Source: Mobula hypostoma (taxonomy: Eukaryota). Taken from it: a stretch of 64,000 bases of DNA. The notes beneath the pieces are model-generated. The model saw nothing but the letters and a program-made list of their open reading frames with translations. It did not search any database and was not told where the DNA came from. A program made the translations under genes and the position numbers. Shown here piece by piece: positions 28,418 to 40,800 of this stretch (the stretch's first letter is position 1; each line of letters starts with the position of its first letter). The stretch lies in contig NC_086109.1 in the NCBI RefSeq assembly GCF_963921235.1, forward strand, positions 5,582,001-5,646,000, in the 5' to 3' direction.

Positions 28418-28665
28418 GTCCGCCCCGCAAGCTCCCGGCCTGCCCCGCTCCCAGCACCAGTCCGCCCCGCAAGCTCCCGGCCTGCCCCGCTCCCAGCACC
28501 AGTCCGCCCCACAAGCTCCCGGCCTGCCCCGCTCCCAGCACCAGTCCGCCCCGCAAGCTCCCCGGCCTGCCCCGCTCCAAGCACCAGTCCGCCCCGCAAG
28601 CTCCCGGCCTGCCCCGCTCCCAGCGCCAGTCCGCCCCGCAAGCTCCCGGCCTGCCCCGCGCCCAG
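28418..28665. repeat. 42-bp GC-rich minisatellite, 6 copies
   Basis: Unit GTCCGCCCCGCAAGCTCCCGGCCTGCCCCGCTCCCAGCACCA starts at 28418, 28460, 28502, 28544, 28587, 28629 (fourth unit is 43 bp). Confidence 0.95.
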
Positions 28666-28799
28666 TCCCGGTCCGAGTCCGCCATTTTGCGCTGCCCGTC
28701 AGAGACCGGGGAAGAAGCGGCGGCTTCAGCTCACCCGCCACCCCTCAGCTCACCCCCACCCACCCGCCGGAGCTCCGCCTCGCTCACCGGAGCCGCAAC

Positions 28800-28827
28800 A
28801 TGCTGGCCCGCGCCGCGCTCGCCTCTG
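28800..28827 (+). CDS. ATP5PB: ATP5PB exon 1 (MLARAALAS, start of mitochondrial transit peptide)
   Basis: AACATGC start inside the CpG island; GTAAGG donor; phase 1 fits exon 2. Confidence 0.85.
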
Positions 28828-31800
28828 GTAAGGCTCGGTCCGGCCTAGTAGGACGGGTGTCGGTCACTGAAGGGCACGGGCCGGTGGGCAGACCGGAGAC
28901 GGAGGATGTTGGGGAAGGAGAGACGAGTGCAGGGCCTGGGTGGGGGTGGTAATGGGCCTTGAGAATCGGGGGCCGAGGGAAAAACGCCGGGGACCGGACC
29001 CGCCCCGCCAGTGGAAGGATTAGGTGGTAAGGTGATCGGATGAGGAGAGCTGGGTATGGATGCAGGACCCTAGACTGAGGGTCGGAGAGAACTGGGTGGC
29101 CGCGGGGTGGGGGGGGGGTGGCTCTAAGGGTGGAACAGAGGGACCTAGCGGTAGAAATGCATGCAACACACATCGAAGTTGCTGGTGAACGCAGCAGACC
29201 AGGCAGCATCTCTAGGAAGAGCGTAGGAAGAGTGTACCTCTTTCTAGAGATGCTGCCTGGCCTGCTGCGTTCACCAGCAACTTTGATGTGTGTTGCTTGA
29301 ATTTCCAGCATCTGCAGAATTCCTGTTGTTTGAGTAGAAATGCATCATTTGTTTTGCTAGGCCCCACTGTTCCATTATACTCCCAAGTACCCTAACATTC
29401 ATTGTACAACTTTTACGTAGGTATAACATTTAAAATGCAACACCTTATGCTCATCTGTATTGAAATCCATTTTCCACTCCCCGGACCACTTCCTCAACCG
29501 ATGAACGATAACCTTCAAAAGTTCCAACACCAGTCCTGCAGGGCACCATGAGTCACTGGCCTTCAATCTGAGAAACAACCTTCGCCTTCTGCTTCCTACA
29601 TTACTCTCTCTGTAACCTAATTTTTCCAGCACTTTCTTTTCAAAGTAAAATTCTTATCAAAGTATGCATGTCACTGTATACTACTGAGATTTATTTACTT
29701 TCAGATATTTCCAGGAAAATCAATACAATATTACTTGTGAAAAACTACAGATATCAAAGGATAGCAGGATATAATAGAGTAACAGGTGTATACCACAAGA
29801 AATACAGGACAGCTATTTAAACAAAAAAACTCACTAATTTCCATTCTGGTTATTAGCTGTAACATCACACCAGATAACAATATCCACAACACTACTGTTC
29901 AAATAGTAGAAAATCCAACTCTAGTAAATGTCTATAAACCTCCAAATAAGGAATGGCCAAATCCACTGTTACAAAATTCAAACACCCAGCAATATTCCTC
30001 GGAGACTTCAACAGCCATCATACAGATTGGGAATGCTCAGAAAACAACACAGGCAGAGAAGCGATCAGTCACTGGGCATCTAATAATGACCTTCAACTAC
30101 CGTATGATCCTAAAGATAAAGGGACATTCTTCTCAGCTAGATGGGTACAAATTTACGCACTGGACCCCTGTTTTGTAACAACATTCAACTTGAACCCCTA
30201 CCAGTTACTCCTTGGTGGTTTTCCTCTTCATAGTCAGCACAGATCCGTACTAATAATGGCTGGATCCGGAATACCCACTCGTTTCTCCATCCCAAAATGC
30301 AGACAAAGTTTCAGAAAAGCAAACTAGGATCATTTCACCTTGCAAGTCGACAATATGTGCGGAAGAATACGGCCCACCACTGATTTCATAGGCTCGAAAG
30401 AGGCAATACCAACATTCTTTGTTGGTCTAAAGAAAAAGAAAACCTATTTCAAGAGTTTAAACAACAGGCGACAGCTAATGATCTCAAATCGATCCACAGT
30501 GCCAGGGGAAATAGATGGATGGATACACTCGAAACATGAACTTCACTCACTCCAGCAAACCTACATGAACCCTCGTCAAAAAAGCTCGACCCCAATATGC
30601 CAAAATCATTGCGATACCTAAACCAGGAAAGCCTGCAGATGATCCAGCAAGTTACTGCCTAATTTCTCTCCTTGCTGTACCTACAAACTTCTTTAGTGTA
30701 TTACTTTATCCAGATTATTACCTCTGATAAGACTGATCAAACAAGCTGGCTTCAGACAACACCACTATACCAGTGAACAAGTTCTTGTCCTCACATCATA
30801 CATCGAGTCAGGCTTTGAACTCAAAAAGAAAACAGGAGCAATTTAAATCGACTTATCCACTGCATAGGACACTGTTTGGAACCGAGGGTTAGTGTTAAAA
30901 CTGGCCCGAATCATCACATGTAAAAAGATCCTACGTCTCCACAGAATGACAGACATCCGTTCTTTCTTCACCTACCTGGGAAGTGACTCCAGGTTCATTA
31001 CGAAATGCTGCAATGGTGTCCTCCAAGGCTCAGTTCTGGCTCCAACCTTGTTCAATCTGTACCTCAGTGACCTCCCTGAAATCAAATCTGCTAAATTTGC
31101 ACTTGCTGATGACTGGGCCATAGCCTTCCAATCGAACAATGTCAGATCCATTGGGAAAAAAACACCTTATCCAAGGGGTCTACTCCCCTATCCAACTGCT
31201 TCTGATAGTACACATTTATGTGTGTTGCTTGAATTTCCAGCATCTGCAGAATTCCTGTTGTTTGCTTCCGATAGTGGTACTTAATTATTACTGTCAACAA
31301 AACAGTAACTTCCATATTTCATCTGGACAACTGACGAACCAAACTTGAGCTCAATATCAAACTAAATGACAAAAAGCTACTCAAGAATCCGCACCCAAAT
31401 TATTCAGGAGTCAGCTAGATCAAACTCTCTCAGACAAGATCCACCTTCAAAAAGTTGCAAATAAACTAAAGTCCAGAATGGCCGTGACCAGGAAGCTATC
31501 AAGAACCAAATGGGGTGCTGACCAGTCAGTCCTACGAACATCGAGCCGAGCACTGCTTCTCAGTTGCCAAATATTGTGCACCCACCTGGGAGAGAAGTGC
31601 TCACACAAACATCATCAGTACACTACTTCTATGAGAATAATCTCAGGAGCCCTAAAACCCACAGCTGTCCAGTGAGCGGAATAGCATGCCCGGGCATCCG
31701 TAGAAGAGCAGCTTTAGCAAAATTCTACAAGCGTATCCAAAATATATCCAACATCATTCTAGTTTGTAAATTCACTGAAAAAGCTCCCTCCAAATTCCTG

Positions 31801-34800
31801 ACTCAAATCATGAAATCTTTTCTACAACTTAAAGAACCCATGATGATTGCACTGAATGGCACCAGTACTGGCGCACCAACACCCCCCCACCCCACGGCCG
31901 AGGTCCGATGGTCAACTCTGCCTCGCTCCTCCCAGGCTTTAATACAGCTACTAGAAAAGTCTGGACAGTCGCAATTAGACTCAGAATTCGTCATGCCAAG
32001 ACAGCGCAATCACAACACCGATGGGGGCATCCGACAAACCCCAACTTGCCCCTGTGGTGCCCCAACCCAGGACAAACTCCACCTGGTCCAAACGTGCCCT
32101 CGCACCAAGATTCGAGACGGCCTTGCCATGGTCCATTGATGTGGCCACAAGCTGGAGGAGTGGCTTGCCAAAAACCAATTAGAAGTGTGAAGAGAAAAAC
32201 ACCTGTATGAAACAAAACAACAAAGATTGTCAAGTAACCAATGTGCAAAAAAAAGACTAATTATGCAATTCCTAGTGTAATGACATCCTTTCTATAACCG
32301 CATGATCAGAACTGCGCACGATACTCTGTGTGGTCTCTCTAACATCTTGCACAGCTTTAACATGATGTCTCAATTCTTGTAGTCAAAGGCCTGACTGATA
32401 AATGCAAGTGTGGCAAACCTGTCCTTCGCCACTCTATCCACGTGTGGCCATTTTCAGGGAAGCACGTACTTAGTACCACTAGATCTCTGGACTACAACCC
32501 TGCCCTCGTTTAAACTCCATTTGCCATTCCTTAGCTGACTTCCCCAGTTGATGTAGCTTAAGTGAAGGATGGACAATAATATGCATGTTTTTAGGCATTG
32601 CCTGCACACTGGATTGGTAACTGAAATTGGGAGGCGGGGGGGGGTGATGTTTTCTCTGGAGTAGAGGTGACGGAGGTTAGATTCCTGTTTGTCCTGTAAA
32701 TTAGTTTGACTCAGCGAGGAACTTTCCAGTGGGAAGTCGTGAAGAGTTTTGATGAGGAAGGAGGCAAGGTCTCTTTAGTCTGATTCCAAAAGAATTCTTA
32801 CATTTCCTTTACCCCAAAGCTGAATCAGAATCAGATCTAATATCACTGACGTATATAACGAAATTTTTTTTGCAGCAGCAATAGATCGTAATGCATAATA
32901 ATAAACACTATACATTATAATGAGAAGTAGATGTAAAAATAACCTAAATAAGTAGTGCAGATAGGGGGAAAAGAATACTGGGGAAGTGTTCGTGGGTTCA
33001 TTGTCTGATGACAGAGGGGAAGAAGCTGTTCCTGAAACATTCAGTGTGTGTCTTCAAGCTCCTGTACCACCTCCTTGATGGTAGCAATGAGAAGAGGGCA
33101 TGTCTAGAATGATGGAGGTCCTTAATAACTGGAGTTACAGGTCTGCACAAAATAGATTTGCACTGCCACTGATGTCGTTAAACTCTGCAGCTTCGATTGG
33201 TGCCAGCTGACATTGAGAATGAATCTATCATGAGCTCATTGGTTAAGGCTACTGATATTGTTAAATGGGAGAGATTGTTCTGGAAAGCAACTTCTCTTTA
33301 CAGTGAAAACCCAAATATATTTTCAAGTCAAAAGCAGCTAGTTGGTCTCCATTTGAAAGATGGGACCAGGTGGACTATAGGCATGTGTCTCCTGCCCTTC
33401 CTGAGCATTAAACATTACAGATGTAGAACCCAATTACTGGGGCAAATTGTTCTGATATACAAGCGTGTATAGTGGCACTCTCACATATAGAGGATGGTGT
33501 TGTATCTTGTTATTGTATGTTAATTGTGCATGAAACAACTTCAGGGAGTGTTGAATTGACGTCCAATAGCTGAGAGCTTGAATAAAGTTTTTGGTGTACT
33601 TGTCATTCGCATACACATACAGTTGTGGAATCGGTACATGAAAGTCCTTTAATTTCCAGAGCCGAGGAGTACAGGAAGCAGCCAGCGGCTGCCTTTTTTC
33701 AGGTTACTTCCTTTTGCTAATAGCTACCACCACATTGAAGCACTAAAGGTATTAGAAGTATTTGCATTAGAACTAATAACTTATTCTCAAGTGATTATGT
33801 ATAATTGTGTTTCAGGGTCCTTACTGAAGACATCTGCCCCTATTGGTGCAAGGTTAGTTACGTCTCTATCTTGGCCCCTGAGCTGAGTTTATATAAACGC
33901 ATTACATTCCTGTAATTGTATTTTCTTTTTCATTATTTTCACACTTCTGCCATCAATTTGTATTAAATCAATACTAATCTGCTGTGAGAAATTCAAATAG
34001 TGATTTTTTAAAAATTTCTTGAAGGAGGAATGTTTTAAGTATATTGCTACCATTCTATCTGGGAATCATCAAAAATGAAAGATATAAACGCATCTAAAGT
34101 TGTGGCAATTTGCCAACATCACTGAAAAATCTGAGCTCAATTTATTCTTCCAGTTTGGTGCCAGTTTCCAGGAATTTCCATGCTAGCTGTCCATCTCGGG
34201 CACCAGTGCCTCCCCTTCCTGAGGAAGGAGGCAAGGTGCGCTTTGGTCTGATTCCAGAGGAATTCTTCCATTTCCTTTACCCCAAAACTGGAGTTACAGG
34301 TCAGTACAAAATAATTTTGCAGTTTCCACTAATGTCTATTTTTCTGCTTTTAAATTTGCTGTATTCATTTGTTAATGATGTATAAACATACTCAAAATTA
34401 AAGCGATTAGTTTAAACTGCTTGACCTAAAAGCATATTATCTGCATGTTATCTATAAAGTCAGCAAAGTTTTCTGATGTGTTAATATATGAAGTACATTT
34501 TGATGAGTAACACACACAAAGTGCTGGAGGAACTCAATAGGTCAAGCAACTTATATGGAGAGAAATAAGTCGACATTTCAGGCTGAGACACTTGATCAGG
34601 TCTGGAAAGGAAGTGGGAAGGAACTCGGCCTGAAATAGCGGCTGTTCATATCTCTCCACAGATGCTGCCTGACTTGCTGAGTTCTTCCAGCATTTTGTGT
34701 GTATTGTTCTGGATTTTTAGCGTCTAAAGATTCAAGATCTAGGGCCCGAGCTCTGATGCAGTTCAACAAAAAAGCCCAATAGGATAAAGAATGCAATGAT

Positions 34801-37800
34801 TGTTTAAAAACACAATAAATACAAATATATTAGATAGCTTATATACGTTGATTTATGTCTATGAAGTGACGCTTGCTTGGTACAGGATCTGCAGAAACTC
34901 TTGTGCTTATATTTTAAAGTTTGCTGCCATCTGCAGGATTGACTGAAAACCATAAGGTGTATTTGATGTGAGTGTTACGCTAAAATATATAGTACTGTAT
35001 TAAAATATTTGTTATTAGTACCTACTTTTAAAAGCTCTTTAGGCTTGATTTCTGCGTGCACTCCAGCAATTTGTGTAATGTTTCAAGGTTTGACCAGGAT
35101 TCTGTCTTTGGACACTTAATGTTTCGTATTTGTTTTACTCCTTAGGACCTTACATGCTTGGCACTGGACTGTTGACTTACCTTCTGTCAAAGGAAATTTA
35201 TGTCGTTAACCATGAGACATTTTCTGCCATCTCCATTGGCATTGTTATCCTCTACGGTATTAAGAAGTTTGGGAAGGATGTGGCAAAATTTGCTGACAAG
35301 TTGAATGAGGTATTCTGAGATTTAACAAAGGAAGTTAATCCAAAGATGGCAATATTTGCAACATTCTGTGTGACTTTTTTTTTTACCATGGAAGCTAACC
35401 ATGAGTTGCCAATTGTGTGAAAGCCTGGAAAACTGAGAACATTTCAGATTCCGATTTAAAATGAGTCTGTGGCATTTAGCCACTGGTTAAAGTGTACTAT
35501 GTAGAGAAGTTTTGAGCAAATAAATTATTTCAAATAAATATTCTGATTAAATATGACTTTTTGATGGAAAATCATTGATGTATCTGAGTGATTCAGCTGC
35601 AAATTCGTTATTTTCAATTTTGTTTTGCAATCATAGGAAAAAGTTCAAAAGGCACAAGAGGTGAAAGACCTTGCCATTGCCAGTCTGACAGAAGCCATTG
35701 AACAGGAGAATAAGGAGCAGTGGAGAATAGAAGGGCGGCACCACCTCTTCGATGCTAAGCGGGTAAAATATATATATATAAAAAAATAGTTATCTTAGTA
35801 GCTCTTTCTCTGGAGGTCCATGGCCTCCTCTATTGCCATGATGAGGCCATTCCCAGGTTGGAGGAGCAGTGCTTCGTATTCTGTCTGAGTACGTCCAACC
35901 TGATGGCATAAACATGAATTTGTCCCAAATTCTGGTAATTGTTCCCTTACCCTGTTCTTCAATTCCCCATCTTGTCCCGTTCCCCCCCCCACCTCTACTC
36001 TTCTCCTCACTTGTCTATCACCTTCCCTTGTTGTCCCACTTCCTTCCTTTTCTCCCACATTCCACTCCTTTCTGTCAGATTCCTTCTTCCTCAGCCTTTT
36101 ACCTTTTCCACCTATCGCCTCCCAACTTCTCAATTCATCCCCCCCCCCCCCCGCTCACTTCTCTACACCTATCACCTTCCCAACCTTATTATTCTGGCAT
36201 CTTGCCCCTTTCTTTCCAGTCCTGAAGAAGGGTCTCGGTCTGAAGTGTCTGCTGCTTTTTCACTTCCATAGATGCTGCCCGACCTGCTGAGTTCCTCCAG
36301 TATTTTATGTGTGTAATTTTTTAATCGTTTTTCTGCTGTAATTTATGAGCGATAATTTAGAACGTGGAATAGTATAGCTCAGTAACAGGCCCTTCAGCCC
36401 ACAATGTCTGTGCTGACTATGATGCCAAATTTAACTGATTCCATCTGCCTACGCATAATCCTTGTCCATACATTCCTTGCCTGTTCAGACATCCGTCTAT
36501 CACCATGGTAGGTTCTGACACTACACCTAGGAGTGTGTTCCAGGAATCTACCACTGTATATTTAAAAAAACTTGCCTCACACATCTTTCTCCCCCTCATC
36601 TTAAAGTTTTGCCCTCGAGTATTTGATACTTCTTCCTTGAACAGAGACGTGGACTATCTATCCTATCTTTGTCTCATAATTTTATAATTTTTTATCAGGT
36701 ATCCCCTCATCTTATGACACTCCACAGAAAATACACATTGAATTGTCCGTTTTCAGGAATCCAACACCCTTCTGTGTTCTTTTCTTTTTCTCTCTCTCTC
36801 TCTCTCTCACTAACTCACTCACTCACACACTCACACGCACCCCCCCCAGTTCTCTCCCCTGTTTCATCTTTTCTATCCCTCCCCCACCTGCTTCTATCAT
36901 CTCTCCCTTATCTAGTTCTGATTATCCACAAGCTGCTGTTTCACCGTTTCTTTATACTAGTTAGTCATGAGTGCCACAGTAGCGTAACGGTTTGGTGCGT
37001 TTTGGAGTTTGGAATTCAATTCTGGCGTTACCTGTAAGGAGTCTGTACGTCCACCCTTTGGAATCTGGGTTTCCCCCAGGTACTCTGGTTTCTTCCCACA
37101 GTCCAAAAACATACCGGGTGGGTTAATTGGTCATTGCAACTTGTCCTGTGATTAGGTTAGAGCTAATTCAGGGCTGTCAGGGGTTACTGGGTGGTAGTAT
37201 GGAATGAGCTGCCAGATGAGGTGGTAAATGCGGGTTCTTTTTTAACATTTAAGAATAAATTGGACAGATACATGGATGGGAGGTGTATGGAGGGATATGG
37301 TCCGTGTGCAGGTCAGTGGGACTAGGCAGAAAATGGTTCGGCACAGCCAAGAGGGGCCAAAAGGCCTGTTTCTGTGCTGTAGTTTCTATGGTTTCTATGG
37401 CATGGCTCGAAGAGAAATTCCTTAGATAAATGAAACTAATCAATGATTACCTAATGACATCACTTGGGTAATGTGCTAGTAATTAGCCAATGGAAAATGA
37501 GAAAGAAAGGTGATAAACTTTTAGTTTAACTGCTATACCGCTTTCTGCCAGTAAGTGGGGACTATGCATCGCATATTGTGAAAAAAGTACAGATGATTAA
37601 AGTACAACTTTAGTCTTACGTTAATTCATCTTACAAAAAAAATTTGTGCTTTGTTTTCTGAATTTCCAGCGTCTGTAGAATCTTTTGTGTTTATAACTAT
37701 AAAATCCTTGCTTTCATCTTAATTTTTCCATTTTCAAATTGTTATACTTCCCAAATTTTCTCTTGACTCTTTTTCCTTCCTGCACTATATATTTTCTAAT

Positions 37801-40800
37801 ATTTTCCAGTTCTGATGACTGGTTCAAGCATGGAACTTTGTCTACAATACTGACTGATCCACTGAGGTTTCGATATTTATTGCTGACAATATACAGGCAT
37901 TTCACTACAGAAATTACCCATGAAAGTGAGATGGTTAGGCTTCAGGGCAAGCTCGAAGTCCTGTAATGATTTAAATGGTCAGAGGGATGGTTACCTGACA
38001 GTAGATATATTAAAACATGTAATGATGGCTAGCGAGTCAAGTTACAAATGCAATTAAGCAAAAATGCCCCTGCAAGCTGCTGATTTGCTGCTTTTTTGTT
38101 TCCAGAATAACGTTGAAATGATTCTGGAAACTAACTATCGCGAGCGTCTACACATGGTGTACGATGCAGTGAAGAAGCGACTGGATTACCAAATCGGCCT
38201 CCAGCAACTGCAGCGACGGCTCGCTCAAGAGTACATGGTTAACTGGGTTGAGAAGAGTGTAATCCAGAGCATCACGCCACAGCAGGTGGGTGGTGCTGTG
38301 AGGCAAAATGTCACTGTGATTGTTGTACACATCACCAAGAATTCATGTAGAAACCGCAGCAAATCACTAGCTCTGGTGTTGAGTGTAAAGCCGTGTCTTG
38401 ATGCACCTTCACTGCTGGTGTTCCATCTCAGCTCGGGACAGCTGTAGGTTTTGGGAACCATGTACAAATTGCCAAATCCACTTGAGCATTAAAAGGGCCA
38501 ATTATAGAACTCTTTATTTTCTATAGGCATAGAAACATAGAAAATAGGTGCAGGAGTAGGCCATTCGGCCCTTCGAGCCTGCACCGCCATTTATTATGAT
38601 CATGGCTGATCATCCAACTCAGAACCCAGCCTTCCCTCCATACCCCCTGACCCCTGTAGCCACAAGGGCCATATCTAACTTCCTTTTAAACATAGCTAAT
38701 GAACTGGCCTCAACAGTTTGCTGTGGCAGAGAATTCCACAGATTCACCACTCTCTGTGTGAAGAAGTTTTTCCTAACCTCGGTCCTAAAAGGCTTCCCCT
38801 CTATCCTCAAACTGTGACCCCTCGTTCTAGACCTCCCCAACATCGGGAACAATCTTCCCGCATCCAGCCTGTCCAATCCCTTTAGGATCTTATACGTTTC
38901 AATCAGATCCCCCCTCAATCTTCTAAATTCCAACAAGTACAAGCCCAGTTCATCCAGTCTTTCTTCATATGAAAGACCTGCCATCCCAGGAATCAATCTG
39001 GTGAACCTTCTTTGTACTCCCTCTATGGCAAAGATGTCTTTCCTCAGATTAGGGGACCAAAACTGCACACAATACTCCAGGTGTGGTCTCACCAAGGCCT
39101 TGTACAACTGCAGTAGTACCTCCCTGCTCCTGTACTCGAATCCTCTCGCTATAAATGCCAGCATACCGTTCGCCTTTTTCACCGCCTGCTGTACCTGCAT
39201 GCCCACTTTCAATGACTGGTGTATAATGACACCCAGGTCTCGTTGCACCTCCCCTTTTCCTAATCGGCCACCATTCAGATAATAATCTGTTTTCCTATTT
39301 TTGCCACCAAAGTGGATAACTTCACATTTATCCACATTAAATTGCATCTGCCATGAGTTTGCCCACTCACCCAACCTATCCAAGTCACCCTGCATCCTCT
39401 TAGCATCCTCCTCACTGCTAACACTGCCACCCAGCTTCGTGTCATCCGCAAACTTGGAGATGCTGCATTTAATTCCCTCATCCAAGTCATTAATATATAT
39501 TGTAAACAACTGGGGTCCCAGCACTGAGCCTTGCGGTACCCCACTAGTCACCGCCTGCCATTCTGAAAAGGTCCCGTTTATTCCCACTCTTTGCTTCCTG
39601 TCTGCTAACCAATTCTCCACCCACACCAATACCTTACCCCCAATACCGTGTGCTTTAAGTTTGCACACTAATCTCCTATGTGGGACCTTGTCAAAAGCCT
39701 TTTGAAAATCCAAATATACCACATCCACTGGTTCTCCCCTATCCACTCTACTAGTTACATCCTCAAAAAATTCTATGAGATTCGTCAGACATGATTTTCC
39801 TTTCACAAATCCATGCTGACTTTGTCCGATCATTTCACCGCTTTCCAAATGTGCTGTTATCACATCCTTGATAACTGACTCCAGCAGTTTCCCCACCACC
39901 GACGTTAGGCTAACCGGCCTATAATTCCCCGGTTTCTCTCTCCCTCCTTTTTTAAAAAGTGGGGTTACATTAGCCACCCTCCAATCCTCAGGAACTAGTC
40001 CAGAATCTAACGAGTTTTGAAAAATTATCACTAATGCATCCACTATTTCTTGGGCCACTTCCTTAAGCACTCTGGGATGCAGACCATCTGGCCCTGGGGA
40101 TTTATCTGCCTTCAATCCCTTCAATTTACCTAACACCACTTCCCTACTAACATGTATTTCGCTCAGTTCCTCCATCTCACTGGACCCTCTGTCCCTTACT
40201 ATTTCTGGAAGATTATTTATGTCCTCCTTAGTGAAGACAGAACCAAAGTAATTATTCAATTGGTCTGCCATGTCCTTGCTCCCCATAATCAATTCACCTG
40301 TTTCTGTTTGCAGGGGACCTACATTTGTCTTTATCAGTCTTTTCCTTTTTACATATCTATAAAAGCTTTTACAGTCCGTTTTTATGTTCTCTGCCAGTTT
40401 TCTCTCATAATCTTTTTTCCCCTTCCTAATTAAGCCCTTTGTCCTCCTCTGCTGAACTCTGAATTTCTCCCAGTCCTCAGGTGAGCCACTTTCTCTGGCT
40501 AATTTGTATGCTACTTCTTTGGAATTGATACTATCCCTAATTTCTCTTGTCAGCCACGGGTATTACACATTATCTCATTTACCACATACATTGAGTAGTA
40601 GTCCATCGTTTCTGATGATGACAGGAAACGTGGGAGAGTTTTTAAAGTGGGAAAGCTGTTGCACTGGGGCAGTTCCACTCTCAACCTCAGAAGTCCAGGT
40701 CAAGTGGTTTCGGGAAGTCGACACAACTGGGGTCTTCCTTGGTTGCTGTAGATGACCATGACTATTTCTGTGAACACGATCCAGAAGCGGTGGTTGGTCA

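Larger units (their letters stand above)
28230..29120. promoter_or_regulatory. CpG island / bidirectional promoter of WDR77 and ATP5PB
   Basis: Very GC- and CpG-rich against an AT-rich background; divergent start codons 470 bp apart; multiple CCGCCC GC boxes; YY1-type CCGCCATTTT at 28679-28688. Confidence 0.85.

Noticed and set aside
28418..28665. Regularly spaced repeats resembling a CRISPR array
   Set aside because: The units are contiguous with no unique spacers, there are no cas genes, and the context is a vertebrate genome.
28224..28685. MADSDRD... ORF with a good Kozak context as an extended WDR77 N-terminus
   Set aside because: It is out of frame with WDR77 (356-nt offset), and the WDR77 frame has a TAG just upstream of its ATG. 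This ATG is the core of the YY1-type motif.
28100..28848. Several overlapping 98-243 aa Pro/Ala/Gly-rich ORFs on both strands
   Set aside because: They are by-products of the GC-rich 42-bp minisatellite and CpG island, which have few stop codons. The real coding exons here are WDR77 exon 1 and ATP5PB exon 1.
34110..38447. ORF-track starts and ends for ATP5PB pieces (34110, 35130, 38064)
   Set aside because: These ORFs run into introns; I used splice-site-defined exon boundaries instead.
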